A stretch of 64,000 nt of DNA from Candidatus Cloacimonadales bacterium (GTDB lineage: Bacteria > Cloacimonadota > Cloacimonadia > Cloacimonadales > JAIOQZ01): contig OY771587.1 in NCBI GenBank assembly GCA_963674825.1, forward strand, positions 960,001-1,024,000. The letters run 5' to 3'. Both the position numbers and the translations under genes were made by a program. The number at the start of each line of letters is the position of its first letter. The stretch's first letter is position 1. This document shows, in pieces, positions 30,937-40,867 of the stretch. A model generated the notes under the pieces. That model was not told where the DNA came from, ran no database searches, and saw nothing but the letters and a program-made list of their open reading frames with translations.

Positions 30937-31680
30937 TTAGTAGAGCCTGAACTTAATCACCACCACGCCAACGAGGTGAACGTCCATTGGTGAATCCTCG
31001 TCGAGCACGATGACATTGTAGTCTTTGTTGAATGGGAGAAGGAGTACTTGCTTGTTCTTCGGCACGAGCTGCACCTTTTTCAGCGTGATGCCATCATCGG
31101 TTCGAACAGCGCACACCTTGCCATCGAGACTCATCCAGTCGTAGTTGTAATGGATGACCACGATGTCGCCATGATGGATGTTCGGCTCCATGCTGTGACC
31201 GTTCACTCGAAATACGCAGTAGTTCACCGTATCACTCGAAAGGAACACGCGCGGAATTTCGATGTACGCGAGGCTGTCCTTCTTCACTTTGACGGGTGGC
31301 CCTGCCGCAATCTCCGCTTCCACCGGCAGACTCACCGTTCGACTGAAGTAGTTGTCCGAAGGATTGTAGGGACGACCGTCGATAGTCTTGACCGTGTGCT
31401 TGAGCATTTCAAGCCGCTTCTTCCTGCCGTCCTCGGTCTCGAGTAACGCTTCGGGGAAGGGTTCGATGAACATCGAACCTTGTCCTGTGAGCAACCAGTT
31501 CATGTTCACGGCATGCATTTCGCAAATACGAACCAGCGCATCGATGGATGGTTTGCTCTTCTTCTTGTCAGAGAGCCAGTCCGAGAGGTTTCCGGTTGAT
31601 ACGCCGATTGATGACGCAAAATCCATCTTTTTCATTTCTAACGACTTAACTACAGCCGCCAATCTGTCTTTTACTTCCAT
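30937..31680 (-). CDS. Phage repressor (XRE HTH + S24 peptidase)
   Basis: FASSIGVSTGNLSDWL HTH; EIAAGPP, FRVNGHSMEP, ITLKK autocleavage motifs. Confidence 0.92.
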   Translation of the reverse strand: MEVKDRLAAVVKSLEMKKMDFASSIGVSTGNLSDWLSDKKKSKPSIDALVRICEMHAVNMNWLLTGQGSMFIEPFPEALLETEDGRKKRLEMLKHTVKTIDGRPYNPSDNYFSRTVSLPVEAEIAAGPPVKVKKDSLAYIEIPRVFLSSDTVNYCVFRVNGHSMEPNIHHGDIVVIHYNYDWMSLDGKVCAVRTDDGITLKKVQLVPKNKQVLLLPFNKDYNVIVLDEDSPMDVHLVGVVVIKFRLY

Positions 31681-31708
31681 GCTTTCTCCTGCAATGACTT
31701 ACAGTTTA

Positions 31709-31793
31709 TGCGAGAAATCTGTTGACATTTCGCACGCAATTCTTCATTATTGATGCATGAACTCGAAATTGCACAAACACGAACCGGTGTCAA
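31709..31793. promoter_or_regulatory. Face-to-face promoters and operator between repressor and ner
   Basis: TTGACA 31722-31727 with CATTAT at 17 bp (+); TGTCAA 31788-31793 (-); inverted repeat tgcgagaaat...atttcgca straddling the + strand -35. Confidence 0.6.
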
Positions 31794-31823
31794 TGGAAAA
31801 TTTTCAGCGGAAGGGAGAAAGGA

Positions 31824-32027
31824 TTGAAAAAGTACACGCAAAACCAATTCAAGGCTGCCATAAAGCTTAAGGGAATCAGCATTTCCGAGATTTCGGAAAC
31901 CATAGGAATTTCGATGCGAATGCTTGAATATTATATGAAGGGCGAGAAGAATATGCGAAAAGCGGACGCCTTCCTCGAACTTCTCGAACCGGAATTAAGT
32001 CAGATTACAGGAGAAGTTTTAGCATAA
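31824..32027 (+). CDS. Ner/Cro-like HTH protein
   Basis: 67 aa, AAIKLKGISISEISETIGIS; divergent from the repressor, upstream of the transposase. Confidence 0.75.
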   Translation: MKKYTQNQFKAAIKLKGISISEISETIGISMRMLEYYMKGEKNMRKADAFLELLEPELSQITGEVLA

Positions 32028-32055
32028 ATGCGAGAGACGCGAGAAGGAGAATCGG

Positions 32056-34038
32056 ATGACTTGGCTATCGAGTAATGAATTGTGCGATATGTTGGATGTT
32101 ACTCGGCCTGGTCTGTATAAAATCGCAAAGAAGCAGGCATGGTCGACAAAACAAGTCAAGATGGAGCACGGAGGTCATAGGAAGCTTTATGAGGTGCCAG
32201 ACGATTATCTCGTAGAAAAGACAGGTCAGGTAACTCCGTTCCCTTCTCATGCGGAGTCATTGCCTGTGGCGATTGACGACTCAATCCCTGATTTGCGACC
32301 CAAGATAGATATCCCCCTCGACCTGCAAGAGCAAGCTGAACTACGCGCCAGGCTATGCGAGTTAATCTTGGAAGAACTCGAGCAGTCGGAATCGCGCATG
32401 GAGACGTGGGTGGCTATGACGGCGAGCTACAATGCCGGTGAGTTGCTTCCTGAGTTGTTCAAGCTTGAAGGTAAGCATGGAGAGCGTACGCTTCGACGTT
32501 GGGTGAAGCAGTATGAAGCCGCGAGTAAGAGCAGCGAGGTGTTGATTCGAAGCCGCAAGCTTGGGCAGCCGGAACGAAACCTGACAGAAACTGAGCAGAA
32601 CTTCCTGCTCCACCTGCTACTGACACCGAATCGCGTCTCGATTGGTTCGGCGATACGTAAGCTCAAGCAAATGGAAGCCCTCGACAAACTTGAAACTCCC
32701 GCCAGCAAGCCAACTCTTCGTCGTTGGTGCGAGGAGTGGCGCGACAGCCACAAGCCCGAATGGAACCTGCTCCGCAACGGTAAGAAGTCGCTCAAAGAGA
32801 CTGGCATCCAAAGCATTCTTCGCAGTGACGAGCTCGAGGTCGGCGACGTATGGGTGGCAGACGGTCACAAGCTCGCCTTCGACATCATCGATCCGGCTAC
32901 CGGAAAGCCCAGACGCATGACAATGATCATGTTCTTCGACTGGGCTTCCCGTTACCCGGTAGGAGCGTCGCTGGCGGTCTCGGAAGACTCTCAGCATGTG
33001 TTACTGGCTCTCAGAAACAGCATCATGCATTGGGGCGGCAGACCGAAGTACGTGTATCTCGACAATGGCAAGGCGTTCCGGAGCAAACTGTTCAACAAGC
33101 AGTGGGAGAAGCACGACCTCAGCAAGGAGTTGGAAGGCATCTTCCCGCGACTGGGCATCGGGGTAGCCTTCGCCAAAGCCTACAACGCGCGTGCGAAGGT
33201 GGTTGAGAGGTTTTTCCGAACCTTTCAGGATGATTTCGAGCGATACATGACTACCTTCCGGGGCGGCTCGATTGACGACAAACCTGCAACGCTCAAACGT
33301 AACGAGAAGTGGTTACGGAACATCTTCGCAGGAAAACCGCTGACGATTCCTCAGGCGAAGGCGATGATCGGGCTCTACATCGAGAAGATGTACGGACTGA
33401 CGCCGCATGGTGGCTTGAACAGCGCGAAACCCGCTGAGGTTTTTCACAACGCTATCGTGCCTGACGACCAGAAGATCGATCCTGCGAAGCTCAACTTCCT
33501 CATGCTCGCGGCGGCGAATCGCGTAGTGCATGCGTCCGGCGTCCGCTTCAGCAACGTGCTCTTCTGGCACGACTACCTGATTCAGCACATCGGCGACAGA
33601 GTCACCCTGCGCTACGACCTGATGGACATGCGCTCGGTGCTGGTTTACGACGCGAAAAACCGCTTCATTTGCCAGGCGGAAGCGCGTCGTCACCAGCATC
33701 CATTCATCCATCTCGCCAAGGACAAGCCGCAAGCACAGAAGGCCCTCCAGAAGGAACTGCAGAGCATTCGCAAGCTCGAGAAGAACGCGCAGGAGTCATC
33801 CGAAGCCATCCTGCTCAAGGTCAACGAAGCCGTCGGCCAGATACAGCAACCGATGACCGAAGAGATTGGCGAGATATTCGCAAACCAGCCGCTGATCGAG
33901 CAGCCGAAGCCGGAATTTACCATCGACGACATCGTGAAGGCGTCGGCTGAGGGTGAGAACATCCAGCTTGATACAAAGCCTCGCGAGGATGAAGAGCTCA
34001 ACTTTGAAGAACTGATGAAAGCAATAGGAATAGGATAG
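32056..34038 (+). CDS. Mu-like DDE transposase (MuA family)
   Basis: N-terminal HTH; WVADGH, YLDNGKAF, AKVVERFF catalytic triad; C-terminal VTLRYDLMDM (Mu-transposase C-type). Confidence 0.92.
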   Translation: MTWLSSNELCDMLDVTRPGLYKIAKKQAWSTKQVKMEHGGHRKLYEVPDDYLVEKTGQVTPFPSHAESLPVAIDDSIPDLRPKIDIPLDLQEQAELRARLCELILEELEQSESRMETWVAMTASYNAGELLPELFKLEGKHGERTLRRWVKQYEAASKSSEVLIRSRKLGQPERNLTETEQNFLLHLLLTPNRVSIGSAIRKLKQMEALDKLETPASKPTLRRWCEEWRDSHKPEWNLLRNGKKSLKETGIQSILRSDELEVGDVWVADGHKLAFDIIDPATGKPRRMTMIMFFDWASRYPVGASLAVSEDSQHVLLALRNSIMHWGGRPKYVYLDNGKAFRSKLFNKQWEKHDLSKELEGIFPRLGIGVAFAKAYNARAKVVERFFRTFQDDFERYMTTFRGGSIDDKPATLKRNEKWLRNIFAGKPLTIPQAKAMIGLYIEKMYGLTPHGGLNSAKPAEVFHNAIVPDDQKIDPAKLNFLMLAAANRVVHASGVRFSNVLFWHDYLIQHIGDRVTLRYDLMDMRSVLVYDAKNRFICQAEARRHQHPFIHLAKDKPQAQKALQKELQSIRKLEKNAQESSEAILLKVNEAVGQIQQPMTEEIGEIFANQPLIEQPKPEFTIDDIVKASAEGENIQLDTKPREDEELNFEELMKAIGIG

Positions 34039-34050
34039 GGAGGTACATAC

Positions 34051-34785
34051 ATGAGAGAGAGAATTTTAGCGGAAACCGAAAACGTGCGCGGGGCGAAGAA
34101 ATGCATCGCCTACCTGCAGGACCGCCCGAAGACCGAGATGGTCGGGCTGGGGCTGCTCTATGGTGCGCCGGGACTGGGCAAGACCCGCTTCGCCAAGCGA
34201 CTCGCCTACACCAACGACTACATATACTTGAGGCTGGAAGCCTCGATGACGGCGAAGGTGTTCGCGCGCGAGCTGCTTCGCCTACTGCACTACCGGTACG
34301 ACGTCTCGGACGAAGGCTATCATGGCTCGACGAGTACGCTGTTTCGTCGTTGCATCGACCTGTTGCAATCGCACCCGGAAGCTGTGGTTATCATCGATGA
34401 AATCGACTACGCCTTCAACCAGCCGATGCTGCTCGGTTCGATTCGAGACATCGTGGACGAGACGCTGGCCATTGTGGTGCTGGTCGGCATGAAGGACGCG
34501 AAAGAGAAGCTGCTCAAAGCCAACGCGCACTACTTCGACCGGTGCAACTATTTCTACGAATTCAAAAAGTTGTCACGAGAGGATGTCGATCTTGTCTGTA
34601 AAGCCGTCTCCGAGGTGAAGATGCGCTCCGACTTGGTGACGTACATTCACAAGACAACCCACGGTAACTTCCGTCGGATCATCAAAATATTTGAGGTTGT
34701 CGAGAAGGTAGCCGCCGCCAAGCAGCTTACTGAAGTATCGCTTAACGATCTGCAAGAAACGCAGGAGCTGAAGAATGCGTCCTAA
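34051..34785 (+). CDS. MuB-like AAA ATPase
   Basis: YGAPGLGKT Walker A, VIIDEID Walker B, directly after the transposase. Confidence 0.9.
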   Translation: MRERILAETENVRGAKKCIAYLQDRPKTEMVGLGLLYGAPGLGKTRFAKRLAYTNDYIYLRLEASMTAKVFARELLRLLHYRYDVSDEGYHGSTSTLFRRCIDLLQSHPEAVVIIDEIDYAFNQPMLLGSIRDIVDETLAIVVLVGMKDAKEKLLKANAHYFDRCNYFYEFKKLSREDVDLVCKAVSEVKMRSDLVTYIHKTTHGNFRRIIKIFEVVEKVAAAKQLTEVSLNDLQETQELKNAS

Positions 34786-35062
34786 CATTCCTGCCAGGCG
34801 CGTCATCGACCGCTTCGTCGAGTATCATAAGCGGCCTTTCACCGTGAAGGACGTCGCCAACGACACAGGACTTCACCCCAAGACTGTGCGCAATCTGCTG
34901 CCGCAACTGGTTCAAGCAGGCAGAATTCGTGTACTGATGCGGGAGCAAGCCGGAAACATCTACGGCAAACCTGTCGCCATCGGCAAGCAGAGAAGCGCAA
35001 TTAGGCTTTATTGGACAGTATTGATGAAAAAACAGCTCGGGCTATTTCCATCGTATTATTGA
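34775..35062 (+). pseudogene. Phage HTH protein, probably 3'-truncated
   Basis: FTVKDVANDTGLHPKTVRNLL; GC-rich sequence ends near 34995 and reads into AT-rich cargo. Confidence 0.55.
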
Positions 35063-35812
35063 ATTCTTCGATGTTTGATCCATTTGTACGTTAATAAATT
35101 GGTCAATTTTATCAGGGTCAGGATTTTTACGATCAGGTTCTACTTGCTCATACCAGGTCTCCCAATTAGCAGGATCAAGAAAGGTAATCAGCCCAACCCC
35201 AAATTCATTGCAAAGGTCAATCAATTCATCAACCTGCTGTGTATTATCCTCTAATTGCACAACAAGGTAACTATAATGAGAGAAGAGAGAATGAGATGCC
35301 GTTTCAAAAACTCCGGTTTTATCTTTATGATAGCCTTTGGGTTTAACTTCAAAAGTTATTACTTCTATTGAGCGACCAATTTGATATTGATAGGATTTGA
35401 GGGCTACAATAGTAATATCTGGTCGCGACCATTTCCCACCGGTTCGTTTCCTACCTTGGTTAGCAGTAATCTCAATTACAAAATTCTTATCTAAGCGTTT
35501 GTCTTTCACCCAGTCCTGTGCAATCACTTTCTTAATATCCGGATACAGGTCTTTCTCAAGCTTTGCTTCGTGTTGGTCACTTTCTATGATTTCTACATCA
35601 GAATTTAAAGGTTCAGTGTCAACGAGTTTGGTAGCGCCTCCCTTGCCCCGTCCCATTGTTACTTTACCTTCGTCAATCAATTCATTTCTTGCTTCAAAGA
35701 ATGAATCAGGTGATATTTTAAGGTTTCTCTGCAGTGTAATATTTCCTATAATACCATCCGTTGACAGTCTCAGCTCATTCAGAATTCGCTGTTTGATATC
35801 ATTGATTTCCAT
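35042..35812 (-). CDS. Cargo: wHTH + PD-(D/E)XK nuclease-like protein
   Basis: WSRPDITIV...FEVK...SHYSYLV...FGVGLITF; AT-rich and antisense to phage genes. Confidence 0.7.
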   Translation of the reverse strand: MEINDIKQRILNELRLSTDGIIGNITLQRNLKISPDSFFEARNELIDEGKVTMGRGKGGATKLVDTEPLNSDVEIIESDQHEAKLEKDLYPDIKKVIAQDWVKDKRLDKNFVIEITANQGRKRTGGKWSRPDITIVALKSYQYQIGRSIEVITFEVKPKGYHKDKTGVFETASHSLFSHYSYLVVQLEDNTQQVDELIDLCNEFGVGLITFLDPANWETWYEQVEPDRKNPDPDKIDQFINVQMDQTSKNSIIRWK

Positions 35813-35901
35813 AATCCCTTTCTCCTCTTCTATGTTTCAAGATGGATATTCATCGAACAATAATAATGTTGTCAAATCATTTAGGGTATGTACGCAATTT
35901 T

Positions 35902-36291
35902 ATGAATAGCTACCGACCGGATGAAATCGCGGGCTGCTTGAACGTCAACATCTCGACGGTCTACCGGTTGATCCGCGACTTCGACGACCCGCTTCCCGCG
36001 TTCCGCCTCAAGGCCAACGGACAGTTGCGCGTACACGGGCAGTCCCTCAAACAGTACGCCGACAATCCGCAGGACACCGCGCTGCAGTCGCTCGTATCGC
36101 TCCTCAAGCAGTACCAGAAGGAGCTCGAGCCGAGCAAGGACTTGATCGACTACATGAAGCGGTTCTTGGACTGGCAGATCGATTTCTACCACGCAAGGGG
36201 CGATGAAGCGACCGCGAAAGCCATTCAGCGGGAAATCCTCGGTGAGGACGGGCTCGTGGCCTATTTCATGAACCATATGACAGGAACGTAG
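35902..36291 (+). CDS. HTH (excisionase-like) protein, possibly an in-frame fusion with a small-terminase-like C-terminus
   Basis: YRPDEIAGCLNVNISTVYRLI HTH followed by an unrelated helical segment; lies directly before the terminase remnant. Confidence 0.55.
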   Translation: MNSYRPDEIAGCLNVNISTVYRLIRDFDDPLPAFRLKANGQLRVHGQSLKQYADNPQDTALQSLVSLLKQYQKELEPSKDLIDYMKRFLDWQIDFYHARGDEATAKAIQREILGEDGLVAYFMNHMTGT

Positions 36292-36303
36292 ATATGGGAT
36301 TAA

Positions 36304-37608
36304 CTATATCTCAAGCAATCTTTTGTATTTCTCGCGGTATTTATTGGGAATCCGATCAAAATCATAAAGCTGTAATGCATCCTTGAGCCGTTGCTTACAG
36401 TTTAGATAACTTTTAACCCGACTACTGATTAGATTATCTTCCTCAAGCAGGATAAAGATGAAACTTATTTCTGCAGGCGTAAACTGCTTTATCATTATCT
36501 CATAGTATATGACCGCAGCGAAAGAAACACCATACATATTTCCTATATAACATAGCATTACAGTTAGAACAAACTCCCTCTTTGCTGAATCAGGGATAGG
36601 AGTATTGCTTGTCAATTCCATAAGTCTTTGCGCAAATGGAGGTTCGTTATAAAAATTTTGGAATGCATGATGTACATTGTAGAGGTTTTTGCAAGCACTT
36701 GATATTATACTATGCTGCTCTGATGTATGCAATACTGATAACAGATTTAATTTCTCAAAAAATATTCTTGATGCTCTTTGTTTTTCTTCTTTTCCTTGAG
36801 CTTGATATTCAGAGTGCTGATTTACAAGCATCGAAATCACTTCATCAGTAAATTGCGTCTTCAGCCCCATACATATATTAAGAGAATTCATCCTAGTTGT
36901 TTCGTTCTCTTCAGAGTTACAATAAACACCATGAAGAGCTCTGAGAAGCATCTCTCTTTGAGCCGTGTATGTATTTTTGAATCGATCAATCCAGATAGAG
37001 ATCTGTTCAGAATCAAATCTGTCATTGCGAATTGCATCATAGAATGATTTTGCATCTATCCCTATAATATTAATCTCTTTTGAAAGCGCGTGCTTAGCAA
37101 TTCTATTCAGAAATGAAATGAACTCTCTATCGTTGAGCTGCCCCGTATTGGGGTGTGCTGCCGAGTAATTATTTCTAACTTCTCTGGATTGATTTAGGAA
37201 AAAGTACCCCTCTTCACTAATTAAATTCAACTCAAGACAAAGGTGCAGAAGATCATTGTCCCGCATTTCTAAAAGAGTTTTCTGATTAATATCCTTTTGG
37301 GTTATATCCTTTATAATATTGAGTCCAAAATTCTCCAATCTATCTCTTAGATAACGGATACCCGCATTCCAAGCATAGTTAATAGCTCCATCAAATAGCC
37401 CAACTGACACTGCAATACACATTTTAGCTATTAGCTCATTCCTTTGTCCTTCGGGTATTAATGCAAGTTCCCGAGGTAAACCTTGCCATGCATATGAGAT
37501 TTCCTCTCTGCTTGCTACATAATCTCTTAATACACTCAAATTACTAAGCACATGGTCAATATGTGGTAAAGTAACCTCTGTAATTGCTGGCAATGTAATA
37601 TCGCACAT
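36304..37608 (-). CDS. Cargo: hypothetical protein with HEPN-like Rx6H motif
   Basis: AINYAWN...REVRNNYSAAHP; AT-rich, antisense. Confidence 0.6.
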   Translation of the reverse strand: MCDITLPAITEVTLPHIDHVLSNLSVLRDYVASREEISYAWQGLPRELALIPEGQRNELIAKMCIAVSVGLFDGAINYAWNAGIRYLRDRLENFGLNIIKDITQKDINQKTLLEMRDNDLLHLCLELNLISEEGYFFLNQSREVRNNYSAAHPNTGQLNDREFISFLNRIAKHALSKEINIIGIDAKSFYDAIRNDRFDSEQISIWIDRFKNTYTAQREMLLRALHGVYCNSEENETTRMNSLNICMGLKTQFTDEVISMLVNQHSEYQAQGKEEKQRASRIFFEKLNLLSVLHTSEQHSIISSACKNLYNVHHAFQNFYNEPPFAQRLMELTSNTPIPDSAKREFVLTVMLCYIGNMYGVSFAAVIYYEIMIKQFTPAEISFIFILLEEDNLISSRVKSYLNCKQRLKDALQLYDFDRIPNKYREKYKRLLEI

Positions 37609-37656
37609 TTTTCCTCCAATATTTACAAATCAGAAAAGCTTGTCTCTTGTCAAGCA

Positions 37657-37854
37657 AAACGCGTGGACACAGTCGTCGAGACCGGCAAGGTAGTCTTCCC
37701 GGACGGGCAGGATACGCCGACCCTCGTCAGTCAGTTTCTCACCTATCCGCAGGGCTATGTGGACGGCCCGGACGCCCTCGCGGGCTGCCTCGAACGCTTC
37801 CCCGAGTACGACACCGGCCGCAACAGAACCAGAGTTCGGAGCTTCCGGTTTTGA
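37657..37854 (+). pseudogene. C-terminal remnant of large terminase
   Basis: VETGKVVFP...LVSQFLTYPQGYVDGPDALAG resembles the TerL nuclease C-terminus; upstream part replaced by cargo. Confidence 0.65.
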
Positions 37855-38729
37855 CCTATTTCGACCGTGTGATGCTCGAGTATTACCGTGTCCTCAACAA
37901 TGCCTGGCAGCGCGAGGTGCGCGAGTCGGCGACGCAGGCCATCAGGGCGTTGTCCGACATCCCTCGTCACGAGAGGCTCAATCGCACCCATATCGACGAC
38001 GTTCTCGCCGTGATCGACTCCAACCTCGGCGAGGATTTTTCGTCCGCTGTGCGCGCTGAAACGAAGGCGTACATTCAGCGGTGCATGCTGCTGGGCCTGA
38101 ACGACGCGCAGAAGCAGGTTCCGCACAACACCCGCATCGGCTTGTACGGCGCACGAGAGAAGCGGCTCGAGACCGTCATCACCCGCCAGAACCTGTTCTG
38201 GATCGGCGAACGCTACGGCACGGACATCTCGCAGAAGTTCCGTTCCACACTTACCGAAGCCGTAGCCTCCGGCTACACGAAGAAGATGCTGCAAGAGCAA
38301 CTCGCGGAGCAGTTCAAGGACTTGGGCGCGAAGTCGCAGCACTATTGGCAGGGGTTGGCGGAGCACACCGCGCTCCGAATCCGCGAGTTCGGCAGGCTGG
38401 AGGGGTATCGCAAGGCTGGCGCGAAGTACTACCGACTAATGGTTGTGCTCGATGATCGCACGTCGGATATCTGCCGCGCCCTCGCCGCGCAGAACAAGGT
38501 GTATCCGCTTTCCGACGCGCTCGAGGTGATGGAAGACTTGCTGGCCATCGATCCCAAGCAGCATAGCCTCGAGTCGGCGCGAGAACGCACGAAGGAGCTT
38601 GCGCCGTGGGTCAGCGAAGACATGATAGAACGAAACGCCAGCGGCAAGCCCACGGGCGTCTCAGGAAGCCATACGCCCTTCCCACCATTCCACTGGAAGT
38701 GCCGGACCGGGACGGAGGTGGTTGTTTAG
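37851..38729 (+). CDS. Phage minor head protein (Mu gpF / SPP1 gp7 family)
   Basis: VLDDRTSDICRAL ... PPFHWKCRT. Confidence 0.85.
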   Translation: MTYFDRVMLEYYRVLNNAWQREVRESATQAIRALSDIPRHERLNRTHIDDVLAVIDSNLGEDFSSAVRAETKAYIQRCMLLGLNDAQKQVPHNTRIGLYGAREKRLETVITRQNLFWIGERYGTDISQKFRSTLTEAVASGYTKKMLQEQLAEQFKDLGAKSQHYWQGLAEHTALRIREFGRLEGYRKAGAKYYRLMVVLDDRTSDICRALAAQNKVYPLSDALEVMEDLLAIDPKQHSLESARERTKELAPWVSEDMIERNASGKPTGVSGSHTPFPPFHWKCRTGTEVVV

Positions 38730-38802
38730 GGGATTTTATGGAATGGAGTTGGACCTACGAGGAAAACTGGCTTGGCGGCCAGTTTTCGGTGTTTGTGGGG
38801 GA

Positions 38803-39093
38803 TTATTCTGAATGGGGGTCGGTGAAGTCTGCAGCGTTTTCAGGTGCGTTCATGAAATCGGCTACGTCCTGCCGGGTGGCTTCCCAGTTGAGGATGCGGC
38901 CCGTCTCGATGTCGATTTCAAGGTTGATGTAATCACCCCAGTGCTGCTCCGGCATGAACTCCGGCACCGGGCCGTCGTAGTTCTTCATCGCTTCGCCGTT
39001 TTCGCCCGTGAAAAAAGCTCTCATGCTGCCTGAAATCTTTGCGTTGATGATCATCGTCTTCGGGGTGGTCTCTGTGGTCTTTTTCGTCTCCAT
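38803..39093 (-). CDS. Small phage hypothetical protein
   Basis: GGAG RBS; YDGPVPEFMPEQHWGDYINLEIDIETGRILNW; GC-rich like the backbone. Confidence 0.6.
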   Translation of the reverse strand: METKKTTETTPKTMIINAKISGSMRAFFTGENGEAMKNYDGPVPEFMPEQHWGDYINLEIDIETGRILNWEATRQDVADFMNAPENAADFTDPHSE

Positions 39094-39322
39094 CGTAGTC
39101 TCCTTTGTGCTCCTAAGTATGTCTCTACGATAAAGATCGCGCACAGGAAGTCAAGTCCTTAAGACGGCATAAATGTTATTTTTTGTGTGATTTAGCGGGT
39201 TGTAAAGGGATCATATAGACGCGGTGTATCAAGAAGTTTCGTACAGAGGCAAAAGTGTGGCTTCAACAAAAAAGCCATTTATCGGCAAGATGAATTTGAT
39301 TCTATTTCATGACAGTCACCTT

Positions 39323-40855
39323 TTATAATATCTCAGAATCTTCAGATGCTTGCCTGACACCGAATACAGGCATGTTTTTCCCCAAATATTCCACATCAAG
39401 TTTTCCTAATTGATACTTGATAGTATCTCTCATTCTACGTGCTCTATCGAGACAATAATGCTTGAAATCGCGAGTACTTATGTCGCTTGCACTTCGTACA
39501 TGTGGAAACAACAATTTCAAATACGCTGTCGCAATACGCTTGACAGCTTCTGTGTCACGAGTGTCTGCTGCCATTGGAACTTCAACAAGTTCATCAACAA
39601 TGGTGCGATAACTTGTATCATCGCGCAATTCATGCATAATCGAGCAGTAGTATTCTGAGTTTATCGCCCATCCTGAAATTTTCAGATCATCATTCATTCT
39701 GGGAATGTTCCAACCTTTTATAAATCCGTGGAAACGTTCGACTAAAGCTGACTCATGAAACACGGAAGGCAATTCCTCGAACATATTTCCGTAACCATCC
39801 TCATCCATCGTTTCCTTTTTAATATTGCCACAAAGAATAACGCCTGATTCAGCAATTCCTTCATAGTTTCCGACTGTGAATATTCCTGACTCAAGATAAC
39901 CTTTTAAAGCAGCGCGCATCTCATCAATATCTGAAAATGATATCGTCTGGACTTCATCAAGAGTTATAAAATCGTTTCCAGACACTAAGCCTTCAACCCG
40001 CTTATTTTGGTCATAGAACATTTTTGCACGACTCATTATGCCTCCACTTGAAAGCCATCCAAAACGGCTTACTCGGCCAAATAAATACGACTTGCCAGTT
40101 CCTTTAGGGGCTAGCTCAATAAGATTCAAGCGCTTCTCTATGAATGGGAGCAAACGAGTAAGCATCGTGAGTTTCTTCTCTTCAGGTTCAACACCGTTTA
40201 TGTAATCACTTGGGTTATCAGTTTCAAGAGAATACCCGCTCGCGTTGTAGTCAACTGCTCCAAGCAGTATGTCTATCCATTCTGAGGTGGAGAATTCACG
40301 TCGTGCATCTTTGAAATAGTCAATATCAATTGTGTATGGACAGAAAGATTTAAAAGCTGTCAGCTTAATTTTTCCACGATTCGCACTTCTCGCTTTGTTG
40401 CTGGAAAACTCCATATCGAAACAGTCTGGTGAACGATAACCTATCTCAAGCATTCCCCAGGTTTCACGTCCCCGAACTAAGTCTTCTTTGCAATATTGCC
40501 ATACAGAATCCTCGATAATTGTGTCTTTGCTTGTCAGCCCAAAGTCTGGTAACGCAAACGATACCTCACCTGTTCTGATATCAATGTCAATCGCAACCTT
40601 AGCAAGAAACTTCACCCTCTCGTGTTCGATAATAACTTTGTTTTTTATCGCTATCCAGTCATCCTTACGCGGCAGATATGTTCGAACAAAGCTTAACAAC
40701 TCATCTGAGTCGAAATGACCATTAGCGTCCTCGAACCTTTTCAGAAGCCAATCACGCATAAATGAAGGCAGGCTTAAAGCAGAAAAGAAATTGCTCTTCT
40801 TGAGATCTTTATATACTACCATTTCATCAAAGCAGTTCCTGAGCTTATCAATCAT
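39323..40855 (-). CDS. brxL: BREX BrxL-like ATPase (no C-terminal Lon protease domain evident)
   Basis: LTRLLPFIEKRLNLIELAPKGTGKSY, LDEVQ, RFHGFIKGWNIP; last gene of the operon. Confidence 0.82.
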   Translation of the reverse strand: MIDKLRNCFDEMVVYKDLKKSNFFSALSLPSFMRDWLLKRFEDANGHFDSDELLSFVRTYLPRKDDWIAIKNKVIIEHERVKFLAKVAIDIDIRTGEVSFALPDFGLTSKDTIIEDSVWQYCKEDLVRGRETWGMLEIGYRSPDCFDMEFSSNKARSANRGKIKLTAFKSFCPYTIDIDYFKDARREFSTSEWIDILLGAVDYNASGYSLETDNPSDYINGVEPEEKKLTMLTRLLPFIEKRLNLIELAPKGTGKSYLFGRVSRFGWLSSGGIMSRAKMFYDQNKRVEGLVSGNDFITLDEVQTISFSDIDEMRAALKGYLESGIFTVGNYEGIAESGVILCGNIKKETMDEDGYGNMFEELPSVFHESALVERFHGFIKGWNIPRMNDDLKISGWAINSEYYCSIMHELRDDTSYRTIVDELVEVPMAADTRDTEAVKRIATAYLKLLFPHVRSASDISTRDFKHYCLDRARRMRDTIKYQLGKLDVEYLGKNMPVFGVRQASEDSEIL

Positions 40856-40867
40856 TCTTTGCTCTCC

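Noticed and set aside
37647..37850. N-terminal extension of the 360-aa minor head ORF
   Set aside because: It is an alternate frame of the terminase remnant; the real start is probably TTG 37851
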